Both the position numbers and the translations under genes were made by a program. This document shows, piece by piece, positions 27,198-36,119 of a stretch of DNA of 64,000 bases. The notes beneath the pieces were generated by a model that saw only the letters and a program-made list of their open reading frames with translations, was not told the origin of the DNA and ran no database searches. This DNA is from Acidimicrobiales bacterium (GTDB taxonomy: Bacteria > Actinomycetota > Acidimicrobiia > Acidimicrobiales > AC-14): assembly GCA_050742435.1 (NCBI GenBank), contig JBOGIE010000001.1:1188-65187 (forward strand). The letters are read 5' to 3'. Each line of letters opens with the position of its first letter. Position 1 is the stretch's first letter.

Positions 27198-27695
27198 ATG
27201 GACCTCCGTGAGCTCCAGCGACCCCTCAAGCAGCGGTACCGGGCGGAGCCGGCCAGCGCCCTTCTCACCCTCCGGGCGTCGGCCAGCCAGCAGGACAGCC
27301 CCATGGCCTGCTCGGTCGACATCGGCCGGGCCGTCTACCAGGCCCAGGCCCACGCTGGGGTGGGCGGGGCGGGCACGGCGGCCTGCTCGGGCGACCTCCT
27401 GCTGGGCGCCCTGGCGGCCTGTGCCCAGGTCACCTACCAGATGGTCTCCACGGCGATGGGCGTGCCCATCGCCTCAGTCGAAGTGACGGTGGAGGGCGAC
27501 CTCGACCTGCGCGGCACGCTCGGGGTCGACCCCGAAGCACCGGTGGGGTTCACCGCCATCCGGCTGGGCGTCGACGTCGACGCTCCGGACGCCACGCCGG
27601 AGCAGCTGGCGTCGGTGCTGGAGAAGACCGAGCGCTACTGCGTCGTCCTCCAGACGCTCACCGCGCCGCCCGCGGTGACTGTCGAGCCCGCCTAG
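27198..27695 (+). CDS. OsmC/Ohr family protein
   Basis: ATG at 27198 is preceded by GGAGGG. Motifs are LLLGALAACAQVTY and TERYCVV. Confidence 0.75.
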   Translation: MDLRELQRPLKQRYRAEPASALLTLRASASQQDSPMACSVDIGRAVYQAQAHAGVGGAGTAACSGDLLLGALAACAQVTYQMVSTAMGVPIASVEVTVEGDLDLRGTLGVDPEAPVGFTAIRLGVDVDAPDATPEQLASVLEKTERYCVVLQTLTAPPAVTVEPA

Positions 27696-28045
27696 CGGCA
27701 GCAGCCGTCGTTGCCGCCCGGGCGGGCCAGCGGACCGACGGCCTCGGGGTCGAGGAGCTCCATGGCCAGGGCGCGGGCCGCGGCCATGCCCTCCGGGCTG
27801 ACGGCGTAGAGGGAGAAGCCCTCCGACCGCCGGGCCTGCACCAGCCCGGCGCCGGCCAGGACGCGGAGGTGGTGACTCACGAGGGGCTGGGGGAGCCCTT
27901 CGGTCTCGACCAGGTCGCGGACACAGCGCTCCTTGTCCCGCAGCGCCTGGAACAGCCGCAGGCGGTTGGGCTCGGCGAGCGCCCGGAGCACCGCCAGCAC
28001 GTCGGCATGGGCTCCGGCTGCGGTGGTCGACTTGGCCGTGGTCAC
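27692..28045 (-). CDS. ArsR/SmtB family metalloregulator
   Basis: GTG at 28045. Motifs are LRALAEPNRLRLFQAL..ERCVRDLVE...QPLVSHHLRVLAGAGLV, with a C-terminal GGNDGCCR. Confidence 0.8.
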   Translation of the reverse strand: MTTAKSTTAAGAHADVLAVLRALAEPNRLRLFQALRDKERCVRDLVETEGLPQPLVSHHLRVLAGAGLVQARRSEGFSLYAVSPEGMAAARALAMELLDPEAVGPLARPGGNDGCCR

Positions 28046-28086
28046 GGCAAATCGTACGCCTGCGACCGGCCGGAGGGGGCGGGGCC

Positions 28087-28482
28087 TCATCGGTGGGCGT
28101 GCTCGATGAGGTGGCAGAACGACCCGTCGTGGCGGGGCATGGTCCGGGCCCGGGAGGAGAGCAGGCGCAGGTCGGCCCGCATCCGCTCGAGGGCGGCGAT
28201 GCGCTCGGAGATGTCGCGGGCCCGGCGGTCGACCAGGTCGAGGACGTGGCCGCACGGCTCCTCACCCCGGTCACGGAAGGCCAGGATCTCCCGGATCTCC
28301 CCCAGGGTGAAGCCCACGGCCTGGGCGGCCTTCACGAAGCGCAGCCGGTCGCCGGCCGACTGGTCGTAGCTCCGGTAGCCGTTGGGGCGGCGCGCCGGCG
28401 GAGGAAGCAGGCCGATCTGCTCGTAGTACCGGATGGTCTTGGCCGGCAGGGAGACCGCCTCGGCCAGCTCCCCGATCCGCAT
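28087..28482 (-). CDS. MerR family (heavy-metal/redox-responsive type) transcriptional regulator
   Basis: The HTH is MRIGELAEAVSLPAKTIRYYEQIGLL and GYRSY. There are C-terminal Cys and His residues (EEPCGH, FCHLIEHAH). Confidence 0.85.
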   Translation of the reverse strand: MRIGELAEAVSLPAKTIRYYEQIGLLPPPARRPNGYRSYDQSAGDRLRFVKAAQAVGFTLGEIREILAFRDRGEEPCGHVLDLVDRRARDISERIAALERMRADLRLLSSRARTMPRHDGSFCHLIEHAHR

Positions 28483-28500
28483 GACGCCAACAATAGCGCC

Positions 28501-28532
28501 TTGACCTTCCAGCGGGCAGGAACGTGTACGGT
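28501..28532 (+). promoter_or_regulatory. MerR-type promoter: TTGACC - 20-bp spacer - TACGGT, divergent from merR
   Basis: TTGACC lies at 28501-28506 and TACGGT at 28527-28532, with an over-long 20-nt spacer typical of MerR-activated promoters. The ATG at 28539 is 7 nt downstream, which implies a leaderless mRNA. Confidence 0.5.
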
Positions 28533-28538
28533 GCGTCC

Positions 28539-28805
28539 ATGGCTCAGCGAATCGAGATCTTCAGTGCCGGTTGCCCGGTGTGCGCCGAAGGGGAGGCCCG
28601 GGTGCGGGCCCTGGCCGGCGAGGACCAGGAGGTCGTCGTCCACGACCTGCACGGCGACAAGGCGGCCGCTGCCCGAGCGGCCGAGCAGGGCATCAAGGCC
28701 GTGCCCGCGGTGGTGGTCGACGGGCAGCTGCTGGCCTGCTGCCGGAACACCGGGCCCACGGAGGAGGAGCTGGTCGCGGCGGGGATCGGACGCCCTGGGG
28801 CGTGA
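28539..28805 (+). CDS. Thioredoxin-fold / glutaredoxin-like protein with CPVC motif
   Basis: Motifs are IEIFSAGCPVC, VPAVVVDG and ACC. The track ORF starts at GTG 28524, but I prefer ATG 28539. Confidence 0.65.
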   Translation: MAQRIEIFSAGCPVCAEGEARVRALAGEDQEVVVHDLHGDKAAAARAAEQGIKAVPAVVVDGQLLACCRNTGPTEEELVAAGIGRPGA

Positions 28806-29176
28806 GGCGCCTCGCCGTCCTCGCCCTGGCGGTGCTGTTCGTGTCCTGCGGCGGCGGCGGTGAGTCGGCCTCGACCGTCGACGACCCTGTCCTGCGTCCC
28901 GAGGACCAGGTCGAGGTGTCAAAGGCGTGCCAGGACCAGTTCGTGGCCAGCCACAACATGGAGACCGCCGGTGAGCCGACGGCCTCGGCCTTCCTGCCCT
29001 CCGTGCAGGCCTGCTCCAGCCTGGCCGAGTGGTCCTCCGCGGCCCGGGCGTCGGGCGCCCGCCTGAACGGTCAGGAGCCCCGCTTCGTTTACGGCGTGTG
29101 CACCGCGGCGCCCGATCCCGCTGTCCGGGCGACGACCATCTGCCGGCAGGCCGAGGCCGAGGCCCGCATCCGCTAG
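28802..29176 (+). CDS. Lipoprotein, Cys-containing, unknown function
   Basis: GTG at 28802 overlaps the upstream stop (GTGA). The lipobox is LAVLFVSCGG. 124 aa. Confidence 0.6.
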   Translation: MRRLAVLALAVLFVSCGGGGESASTVDDPVLRPEDQVEVSKACQDQFVASHNMETAGEPTASAFLPSVQACSSLAEWSSAARASGARLNGQEPRFVYGVCTAAPDPAVRATTICRQAEAEARIR

Positions 29177-29640
29177 CCCCGACCGCGGTTGCCCCCGGGC
29201 CCGCTCCCGCTGCTGCCCTCCCCGGCGGCGAGGGCGTCGAGGGCGGCCAGCAGCTCCTCCTTCTCGGCGTCCGACAGCCGGGCCGACGGGTGGGCCAGGA
29301 GGTAGGCCCGGGGAGGCATCGAACCGTCGGTGACCGACTCGACGAGGTCGTCGGCGTCCTGGTCGCGGTCCCATTCCGAGAAGTTCAGCTCGTCGCGACC
29401 CTCGTCCACGTCGTTCTGTACCAGCCACGACGCCGGCGCCACATTGCTGTACCACGGCCAGCGGGTCTCGTTGCTGTGGCAGTCGTAACAGGCGGCCACG
29501 GCGAGGCGGCGACCCTCGGCACGAATCCACGGCGCGTCCCGGGTCACCGGCGGGTTGTCGTGGTCGCGGCCGTAGGGGACGAACTGCACCAGGACGAACA
29601 GGCCGGCCAGCCCGAACACCAGCATGCGCACGATCCGCAT
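29173..29640 (-). CDS. Haem-binding domain (Haem_bd, CxxCH) membrane-anchored protein
   Basis: ATG at 29640, with an N-terminal TM helix. AACYDCHSNETRWPWYSNVAPASWLV is typical of PF14376-like proteins. Confidence 0.75.
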   Translation of the reverse strand: MRIVRMLVFGLAGLFVLVQFVPYGRDHDNPPVTRDAPWIRAEGRRLAVAACYDCHSNETRWPWYSNVAPASWLVQNDVDEGRDELNFSEWDRDQDADDLVESVTDGSMPPRAYLLAHPSARLSDAEKEELLAALDALAAGEGSSGSGPGGNRGRG

Positions 29641-29767
29641 GCCTGTCGACCCTACGGCGCGCTCAGCACCAGTGGGAGCTGCCAGGACCGGCGGACGTGG
29701 CCCCTCGGTACTGGGTCTGGTACCGCGTCGTCCCCGAGCGTGTCGCCGCCCTGGGGGCCTCCCTCGC

Positions 29768-31297
29768 CTAGCCCTGCACCACGTCAAGTCGGCGGTCGAA
29801 GAGCCGTTCGAACAGCTCCCGCTTGCGGCGGGCGCCCCACAGCTCGACGGCGATGTCGGCCTCGGCCTTGGCGACGAGCCGCACCCGTGAGCCGTCCAGC
29901 ACCACGTCGATCCCCTGGACCTTGTCGGCCCGGCCCCGGTCGAGCCCGTCGGCCACCCGCAGCAGGGCGGCCAGGCGGGTGAGCCGGTCGCGGGCCTCCC
30001 GGTCGAGGGAGGCGAAGGGCTCGTGGGAGGGCTTGGGCCCTCCGCCCCGGTGGGCCCGGGCCAGGGCGGCCACGAAGTCGATCTCCTGGGGGGTGAACCC
30101 GCGCAGGCGGCCGTGCTGGATCAGGTAGGCGGAGTGCTTGTGGTGCGACTCGGTGGAGACGTGCTCCCCGATGTCGTGCAGCAGGGCCGCGTGTTCCAGG
30201 AGCTCGCGGTCGTCGGCGCCCAGGCCGTGCAGAGACGACGTCCGGTCGAACAGGTCGAGGGAGAGGCGGGCGGTCTGGCGGCCGTGGCCCTCGTCCCAGT
30301 TACAGCGCCGGGCCAGGTGCAGGACGGAGGACATCCGGATGGCCCGAGGGTCCTCCGACCAGTCGACCGCCTCGTGGCGGGGGATGGCGTCGAGGACGAT
30401 GCCCTCCCGCAGGGCCCATTCGCTCACGGTCATGCGGTCGAACCCGAACAGCTCCATGGCGGTGAGGAGGAGGATGGAGCCGGTGGGGATGATGTCGGCC
30501 CGCTTGGCCTCCAGGCCGGGGAGCCCGGCCCGCTCGGAAGACCGCCGGGCCAGCAGCTCCTCGTGCAGGGGAAGGAGCTCGTCGCGGGTGAAGCTGAACT
30601 GGTTGATGGCCCGAGGGACGCTGCCGGTCCGGCGGGCGGCGACCATGCGGGCCAGGTCGCAGAACGTGCCGCTGCTGCCCACGGCCATGGCCGGCTGGAG
30701 GTGGGCCACGTCGTCGGCAAGGGGGGCCAGCACGCTGGTGACCCGCTTTTCGACCCGGCGAACGTCGTCGGCGGTGAGCGGGTCGCCGGTCACCAGCTCG
30801 GCCGACAGCCGGGCCACTCCGAGGCGGACGCTCGTCGCCCAGTGCAGGCTGGACCGGTCGCCCACCATCAGCTCGAGGCTGCCGCCGCCCAGGTCGAGGC
30901 AGAGGGCAGGGCCCGGGTCGATCACCACGCTGGCCCGCACCGCCTCGAAGATCAGGCGGGCCTCCTCCTCCCCGTTGATGACCCGCACCTTGACGCCGGC
31001 CTCGGCGGCCATGCGGTCGATCACCTCGCCGCCGTTCTCCGCCTCGCGCAGGGCCGCGGTGGCCATGGCGTGGATCTCCTCGGTGCCCGCGCCGGAGGCC
31101 AGCTTGCGGAACCGGTCGACCGTCGCCACCGCCCGGTCGGCCAGTGCCGGCGGGATGCGGCCCTCCCGCCCCACGGCGTCGCCCAGACGGAGCATCTCCT
31201 TCTCCCGGATGAGGGGGACGAACGTCCCGTCGGCGTGGGCGTCGACCACCAGGAGGTGGAAGGAGTTCGACCCCAGGTCGAAGGCGGCGATTCGCAT
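29768..31297 (-). CDS. ppx: Exopolyphosphatase / Ppx-GppA family phosphatase with HD domain
   Basis: ATG at 31297. Motifs are MRIAAFDLGSNSFHLLV, LDLGGGSLEL and the HD region LLHDIGEHVS..HHKHS. Confidence 0.85.
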   Translation of the reverse strand: MRIAAFDLGSNSFHLLVVDAHADGTFVPLIREKEMLRLGDAVGREGRIPPALADRAVATVDRFRKLASGAGTEEIHAMATAALREAENGGEVIDRMAAEAGVKVRVINGEEEARLIFEAVRASVVIDPGPALCLDLGGGSLELMVGDRSSLHWATSVRLGVARLSAELVTGDPLTADDVRRVEKRVTSVLAPLADDVAHLQPAMAVGSSGTFCDLARMVAARRTGSVPRAINQFSFTRDELLPLHEELLARRSSERAGLPGLEAKRADIIPTGSILLLTAMELFGFDRMTVSEWALREGIVLDAIPRHEAVDWSEDPRAIRMSSVLHLARRCNWDEGHGRQTARLSLDLFDRTSSLHGLGADDRELLEHAALLHDIGEHVSTESHHKHSAYLIQHGRLRGFTPQEIDFVAALARAHRGGGPKPSHEPFASLDREARDRLTRLAALLRVADGLDRGRADKVQGIDVVLDGSRVRLVAKAEADIAVELWGARRKRELFERLFDRRLDVVQG

Positions 31298-31355
31298 CGC
31301 GACCGAGGCTAGGGCTGCGGGGACCGGGTTAGGTTCACCTGACCCGCGGAGCGGG

Positions 31356-31601
31356 ATGAACGGAGCCCGCTTCGGCGTTGTGTACGTCGTGAGAGGAGAC
31401 CGTGTCGAGATCGTCATCGACGCCGGTGGGCAGGCCAGGACCTACGAGGTGACGGCCACGCGCGCCGGGCGGCGGGTCGACGTGCGCACCGGGCGCGGCG
31501 TCGTCGAGGTGACCGAGCTGACCCGGGGCGGCACGCCGGTTCGCACCGCCCGCTTCATGGCCAGCCGGGTCCTCGCCCTGGTCGAGCACCCCGCGGCCTG
31601 A
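31356..31601 (+). CDS. Small hypothetical protein (81 aa)
   Basis: The ATG is in frame within track ORF 30138-31601. Third positions are GC-rich. I recognise no family. Confidence 0.45.
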   Translation: MNGARFGVVYVVRGDRVEIVIDAGGQARTYEVTATRAGRRVDVRTGRGVVEVTELTRGGTPVRTARFMASRVLALVEHPAA

Positions 31602-31610
31602 CCGTTTCGC

Positions 31611-32048
31611 TTAGCCGGGCGGGGGCAGGTACCGGGCCGCCGCGCCCGCATCGAGTACCCACGTCGCCCCCTTCTCCGTCTCCTTCGACCGGCGGACGCG
31701 CAGGCCGTCGAGCACGTCCTCCATCACGTCCCCGTGGGTACAGAGCGCGACGTAACTGGCGCCTTCCAGCAGGCTGCGGACGAGGGTCAGCCCGGCCCGC
31801 CCGGCGCCCTCGGCCAGGTCGTTCGTGGGTTCCACGGCGAGGCCGCGGGCCGCGGCCACCGGTTCCACGGTCTGGGTGCAGCGCAGGTACGGGCTGGACA
31901 GCACCCGGGCGAGCCTGAACCCGGCCAGGACGCCGACCAGTCCCCCGGCCTGGGCCTGGCCCTGCGGCGACAGGGGCCGGTGCTCGTCGGGCCCCTCCCA
32001 GCGATTCCGGTCGCCGGCCTCGGCGTGGCGGACGAAGAGGACGGCCAC
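31611..32048 (-). CDS. Histidine phosphatase family protein (SixA-like)
   Basis: Motifs are LFVRHAEAG (RHG-type motif), LSPQG and ALCTHGDV. 145 aa. Confidence 0.75.
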   Translation of the reverse strand: MAVLFVRHAEAGDRNRWEGPDEHRPLSPQGQAQAGGLVGVLAGFRLARVLSSPYLRCTQTVEPVAAARGLAVEPTNDLAEGAGRAGLTLVRSLLEGASYVALCTHGDVMEDVLDGLRVRRSKETEKGATWVLDAGAAARYLPPPG

Positions 32049-32063
32049 GGCGCACGCCGTCCC

Positions 32064-32477
32064 TCAGACGGCCTGGACGAGCGCGTCCAGCACGGGCAGG
32101 TCGCGTTCGTAGGTCAACACGGCCCGGGCCCGGGCCAGCGGCAGCCACCGCACCTCGTCGACTTCGGCGGTGGGCGTGAACCGGCCCCCGGCGGGGGTCA
32201 TGGCCCAGTACCGGACCTGCTTGGGCCGGTCCCGGCGGTCGCGGTAGGACGTGGAGCCGAGCTCGGGGCCGAGCTGGCAGCGCAGGCCGGTCTCCTCCTC
32301 GACCTCCCGCAGGGCGGCGGCCGCGTGGTCCTCCCCGGGGTCGAGTTTCCCCTTGGGGACCGTCCAGTCGTCATAGCGCGGGCGGTGGACGAGCAGGACC
32401 TCCACGTCGCCGGACGGCGCCCGGCGCCACACGACCCCCCCGGCGGCCTGCACGACGGTGGTGTCCGGCGCGCTCAC
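32064..32477 (-). CDS. NUDIX hydrolase
   Basis: GTG at 32477 overlaps the CHAD gene stop (GTGA). The Nudix box is GKLDPGEDHAAAALREVEEETG. Confidence 0.85.
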   Translation of the reverse strand: MSAPDTTVVQAAGGVVWRRAPSGDVEVLLVHRPRYDDWTVPKGKLDPGEDHAAAALREVEEETGLRCQLGPELGSTSYRDRRDRPKQVRYWAMTPAGGRFTPTAEVDEVRWLPLARARAVLTYERDLPVLDALVQAV

Positions 32478-33919
32478 AGCCAGGACCGGAGCTTCGTCTT
32501 CGAGGCCTTTTCCCAGGCCGTGCGCCACTCCTTCCGGGCCGCCGCCGCGTCGGCCCGCTGGACGGCGATGAGCTCGCCGGCGGCCAGCGACAGCTCGGGA
32601 TCGGCGCCCTCGACCGCCGAGCGCAGCCAGGCCTCGGCCACCATGGCGTCCTGGTGGTCGCCCAGCACGGTCTGGACCCTGGCCATGGCCGCGGCGAAGG
32701 CGGCCGCCTTCTTGCCGGCCACCGGCGCCGCCGCCTCGGCGGCATAGCGGGCCCGCTTGGCCAGGATGCGGACCCGGTGCAGATCCTCGGGGGCGGGATC
32801 GTCGCCCAGCGCGTCGACGGCCCGGCGCAGCCTCCGCCACGGCTTGGCCACGAGGGGCGGGACCACGTCGGCCGCCTTGGCCCGGGCCGACCGCCGGCAC
32901 GGCGGCTGCCCGGCGGCGGCCACCAGGCGGTCGAGGAGGGTGACGTAGCGGTCGCTGTGCATGGCCTGCAGCAGCGCATCCCGGGCGTCGTCGCGCTCCT
33001 TGGCCAGGCGCCGGAACAGCGGGGCCAGGCCGGCGGTGTCCGGTTCGGGCAGCGTGGCCGCCTGGCGGCGGAGGCGCTCGAGCAGCACGTCGGCGTCCCG
33101 CACCGCGCCCAGGGCGGCGGCCAGCCACCGCAGCTCGACGCGGAGCGACGACAGCCACTCCTCGTCCAGCAGGGGGGCGAACGTGCGCAGGTCGGAGCGC
33201 AGGCGGCGGGAGCCCACGCGCGCCTGGTGCACGTCCTCGGGGTCGTCGCCGATGCGGACCCCTGGGTCGTGGCGCATGATGCGTTCGACCGCGCCGCTCA
33301 CGGCCTGGCGCACCAGGTCGGCGGCCGGTGGATTCTTCCCCAGGGCGACCGGGGTGACCTCGGGGGGCTCGAGCGCACGGGGGCCGAGGGCCCGGATGAC
33401 CTTGGGTGTCGATTCCGGCTCGCCGGCTCCGGCGGCGCGGAGGCGGGCCACCACGGCGTCGAGCAGGCCGGTTGGCGGCCGGTCGCCCAGTTCCACCTCG
33501 ACCTCCCGGAAGCGGGTGGCCACCCGCCCGCCGTGGAGCACGGACACCTCGTCGTCGACCACCTCGGCCACGACCGTGCCCTCCCGGTCGCGCAGGTCCA
33601 CGCCGGTGCGCACGGTACGGATGTGGGCCACGGGAACCAGGGGCGTGTGCCGGGCGTAGGCCCGGGTCAGCGAGCCCACCGCGTCGGGCACGGCCTCGGG
33701 CGGCCCCTCGAAGTGCAGCTCCCGCCGCACCATCGCCGGCCCCTCATCGCCCTCGGGGAGCTTGACCGTCCAGCCGCTCCCGTCGCCCGAGCGGTGCCGG
33801 ACGGTGACCCCCCACCTCGCCAACCGCAGGTCCTCGGTGTCGTAGTAGACGGCGACCAGGGTGAGCGGGGCGCGGGGCACGGGGGTGACGTCGTCGGCCA
33901 CGCCGTCGAGGGAGGGCAC
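32474..33919 (-). CDS. CYTH + CHAD domain protein (polyphosphate-associated); N-terminus probably extends upstream of the first canonical start
   Basis: The C-terminal half has the CHAD helical pattern (VHQARVGSRRLRSDLR, LHRVRILAKRARYAAE). The CYTH ExExK motif (TETEVKL) is encoded in frame at 33943-33961, upstream of GTG 33919. Confidence 0.8.
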   Translation of the reverse strand: MPSLDGVADDVTPVPRAPLTLVAVYYDTEDLRLARWGVTVRHRSGDGSGWTVKLPEGDEGPAMVRRELHFEGPPEAVPDAVGSLTRAYARHTPLVPVAHIRTVRTGVDLRDREGTVVAEVVDDEVSVLHGGRVATRFREVEVELGDRPPTGLLDAVVARLRAAGAGEPESTPKVIRALGPRALEPPEVTPVALGKNPPAADLVRQAVSGAVERIMRHDPGVRIGDDPEDVHQARVGSRRLRSDLRTFAPLLDEEWLSSLRVELRWLAAALGAVRDADVLLERLRRQAATLPEPDTAGLAPLFRRLAKERDDARDALLQAMHSDRYVTLLDRLVAAAGQPPCRRSARAKAADVVPPLVAKPWRRLRRAVDALGDDPAPEDLHRVRILAKRARYAAEAAAPVAGKKAAAFAAAMARVQTVLGDHQDAMVAEAWLRSAVEGADPELSLAAGELIAVQRADAAAARKEWRTAWEKASKTKLRSWL

Positions 33920-33983
33920 CTCGAAGCCGGGCCACGCCCCCAGCTTGACCTCGGTCTCGGTCGCCCCGATCCGGGCGGGCGTC

Positions 33984-36119
33984 TCAGTCGCCAGCGTCGG
34001 CCACCTCGCGGTCGCCGTCCTGGGACGGCCGGCGGCGGCGGGCCCGCTCGAAGGCCAGCTCCTGCAGCCGCAGGTGGGCGTTCACGCCCTTCTCGGTGTC
34101 GACCTTGTTCCAGCAGCCGTCTGCGCCCAGCTCCCAGGCCAGGGTGTCGTCGGCCCGGTTCACGTCGAGGATCTCCTGCAGACGGGCCTGGAGGTCGGGA
34201 TGTTCGACGGGGGCCATGGCCTCCACCCGGCGGTCGAGGTTGCGGGGCATGAGGTCGGCCGAGCCGATCAGGTACCGCCGGTGCTCCCGGTCGCCGAAGG
34301 CCAGGATGCGGGAGTGCTCGAGGTAGCGCCCGACGATCGAGCGCACCCGGATGGTCTCCGACAGGCCCGGCACCCCGGGGCGGAGGCAGCAGATGCCCCG
34401 CACGACGAGATCGATCTCCACCCCGGCCTGGGAGGCGTCGTAGAGGCCGTCGATGATGGCCGTGTCGACCAGGCTGTTCATCTTCATGACGATGCGCCGG
34501 GGCCGGTCGGACGCGTCCCGCTCGGCGGCGATGAGGTCGAGGACGGCCTGGCGCAGCCCGGCCGGGGCCACGAGGATCCGCCGGTAGCGGGTCTGGCGGC
34601 TGTAGCCGGTCAGGTGGTTGAACAGCTCGGCCAGGTCGGCCCCCAGCTCGGGGTCGGCCGACAGCAGCCCGATGTCCTCGTAGATGCGGGCCGTCTTGGG
34701 GTTGTAGTTGCCGGTGCCGACGTGGCAGTAGTGGCGGATGCTGTCGCCCTCCTCGCGCACCACGAGGGCCGTCTTGGCGTGGGTCTTCAGCCCCACCAGC
34801 CCGTAGACGACGTGCACGCCCGCCTCTTCCAGGGCCCGGGCCCAGGCGATGTTGGCCTGCTCGTCGAAGCGGGCCTTGAGCTCGACCAGGGCCGCCACCT
34901 GCTTGCCGGCCTCGGCCGCCTGGATCAGGGCCTTGACGATGGGACTGTCGCCGGACGTGCGGTACAGGGTCTGCTTGATGGCCAGCACGTTCGGGTCCGA
35001 CGCCGCCTGCTCGATGAAGGCCACCACCGACGTCGGGAACGAGTCGTAGGGGTGGTGGACGAGGACCTCGCCGTGGCGCAGCACCTCGAAGAGGTCGCGG
35101 GCGTCGCCGTCCTCGTCGACCAGCCGGGGCTGGGTCACGCCCACCCAGGCCGAGTCCTTCAGGTCGGGCCGGTCGAGGTCGTAGACGGCCATCAGCCCGC
35201 TGAGCTCCAGCGGACCTTCGATCTCGTAGACGTCCTGGGGCGTGAGCTCTAGCTCTCGCAGGAGGAGGTCTCTGGTCTCCTCCGACATGGTGCGGGCCAC
35301 CTCCAGCCGCACCGCCCGCCCGAACCGCCGGCGCCGCAGCTCCAGCTCGACCGCGGCCAGCAGGTCGTCGGTCTCCTCCTCGTCCTCCAGGGTGACGTCG
35401 GCGTTGCGGGTGACCCGGAAGGTGTCGTGACGCTCGACCTCCATGCCCGGGAACAGGGCGCCCAGGTGGGCCGAGATCAGCTGCTCCACGGCCACGAACC
35501 GCTCGCCGTCGGGCATGACGACGAACCGGGGGAGCAGCGGGGGGACCTTGATCCGGGCGAAGCGGCGGGCGCCCGTCCGGGGGTCGCGCACGTTCACGGC
35601 CAGGTTCAGGGACAGGTTGGAGATGTAGGGGAAGGGATGGCCGGGGTCCACGGCCAGGGGGGTGAGGACCGGGAAGATGCGGTTGTTGAACACCTCGACC
35701 AGGTGCTCGCGGTCGTCGTCGTCCAGGGTGTCCCAGTCCGACAGGACGATCCCCGCGTCGCCCAGGGCGGGGACGACGTCGTTCAGGAAGATCTCGGCCT
35801 GTCGGGCGATGAGCTCGTCGACCCGGACCCGGATGGCCCGCAGCTGCTCGGCGGGCGTCAGCCCGTCGGGGGACGGAGCCGAGAGGCCGGCCGCCTGCTT
35901 GTCGTGGAGGGCGGCCACCCGCACCTGGAAGAACTCGTCGAGGTTGCTGCTGAAGATGGCCAGGAACTTGGCCCGTTCCAGGACGGGCGTGCCGTCCACC
36001 TGGGCCAGGGTGAGGACCCGGGCGTTGAAGTCCAGCCACGACAGCTCACGGTTGATGTAGCGCGGCTGGCCGGAGGGGTCGGGCTCGGCCTCCGCGACGG
36101 CCTGGTCGAGGTCGGTCAC
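33984..36119 (-). CDS. ppk: Polyphosphate kinase 1
   Basis: 711 aa. YINRELSWLDFNARVL and FSSNLDEFFQVRV are canonical PPK1 N-terminal motifs. Confidence 0.95.
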   Translation of the reverse strand: MTDLDQAVAEAEPDPSGQPRYINRELSWLDFNARVLTLAQVDGTPVLERAKFLAIFSSNLDEFFQVRVAALHDKQAAGLSAPSPDGLTPAEQLRAIRVRVDELIARQAEIFLNDVVPALGDAGIVLSDWDTLDDDDREHLVEVFNNRIFPVLTPLAVDPGHPFPYISNLSLNLAVNVRDPRTGARRFARIKVPPLLPRFVVMPDGERFVAVEQLISAHLGALFPGMEVERHDTFRVTRNADVTLEDEEETDDLLAAVELELRRRRFGRAVRLEVARTMSEETRDLLLRELELTPQDVYEIEGPLELSGLMAVYDLDRPDLKDSAWVGVTQPRLVDEDGDARDLFEVLRHGEVLVHHPYDSFPTSVVAFIEQAASDPNVLAIKQTLYRTSGDSPIVKALIQAAEAGKQVAALVELKARFDEQANIAWARALEEAGVHVVYGLVGLKTHAKTALVVREEGDSIRHYCHVGTGNYNPKTARIYEDIGLLSADPELGADLAELFNHLTGYSRQTRYRRILVAPAGLRQAVLDLIAAERDASDRPRRIVMKMNSLVDTAIIDGLYDASQAGVEIDLVVRGICCLRPGVPGLSETIRVRSIVGRYLEHSRILAFGDREHRRYLIGSADLMPRNLDRRVEAMAPVEHPDLQARLQEILDVNRADDTLAWELGADGCWNKVDTEKGVNAHLRLQELAFERARRRRPSQDGDREVADAGD

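Noticed and set aside
27692-27695. Convergent genes whose stop codons overlap on opposite strands: CTAG at 27692-27695 and 29173-29176, CTAA at 5608-5611, and an 8-nt overlap at 47046-47053.
   Set aside because: These are real in the sequence. They are most simply explained by genome compaction and the palindromic nature of CTAG. I have no evidence of a regulatory function.
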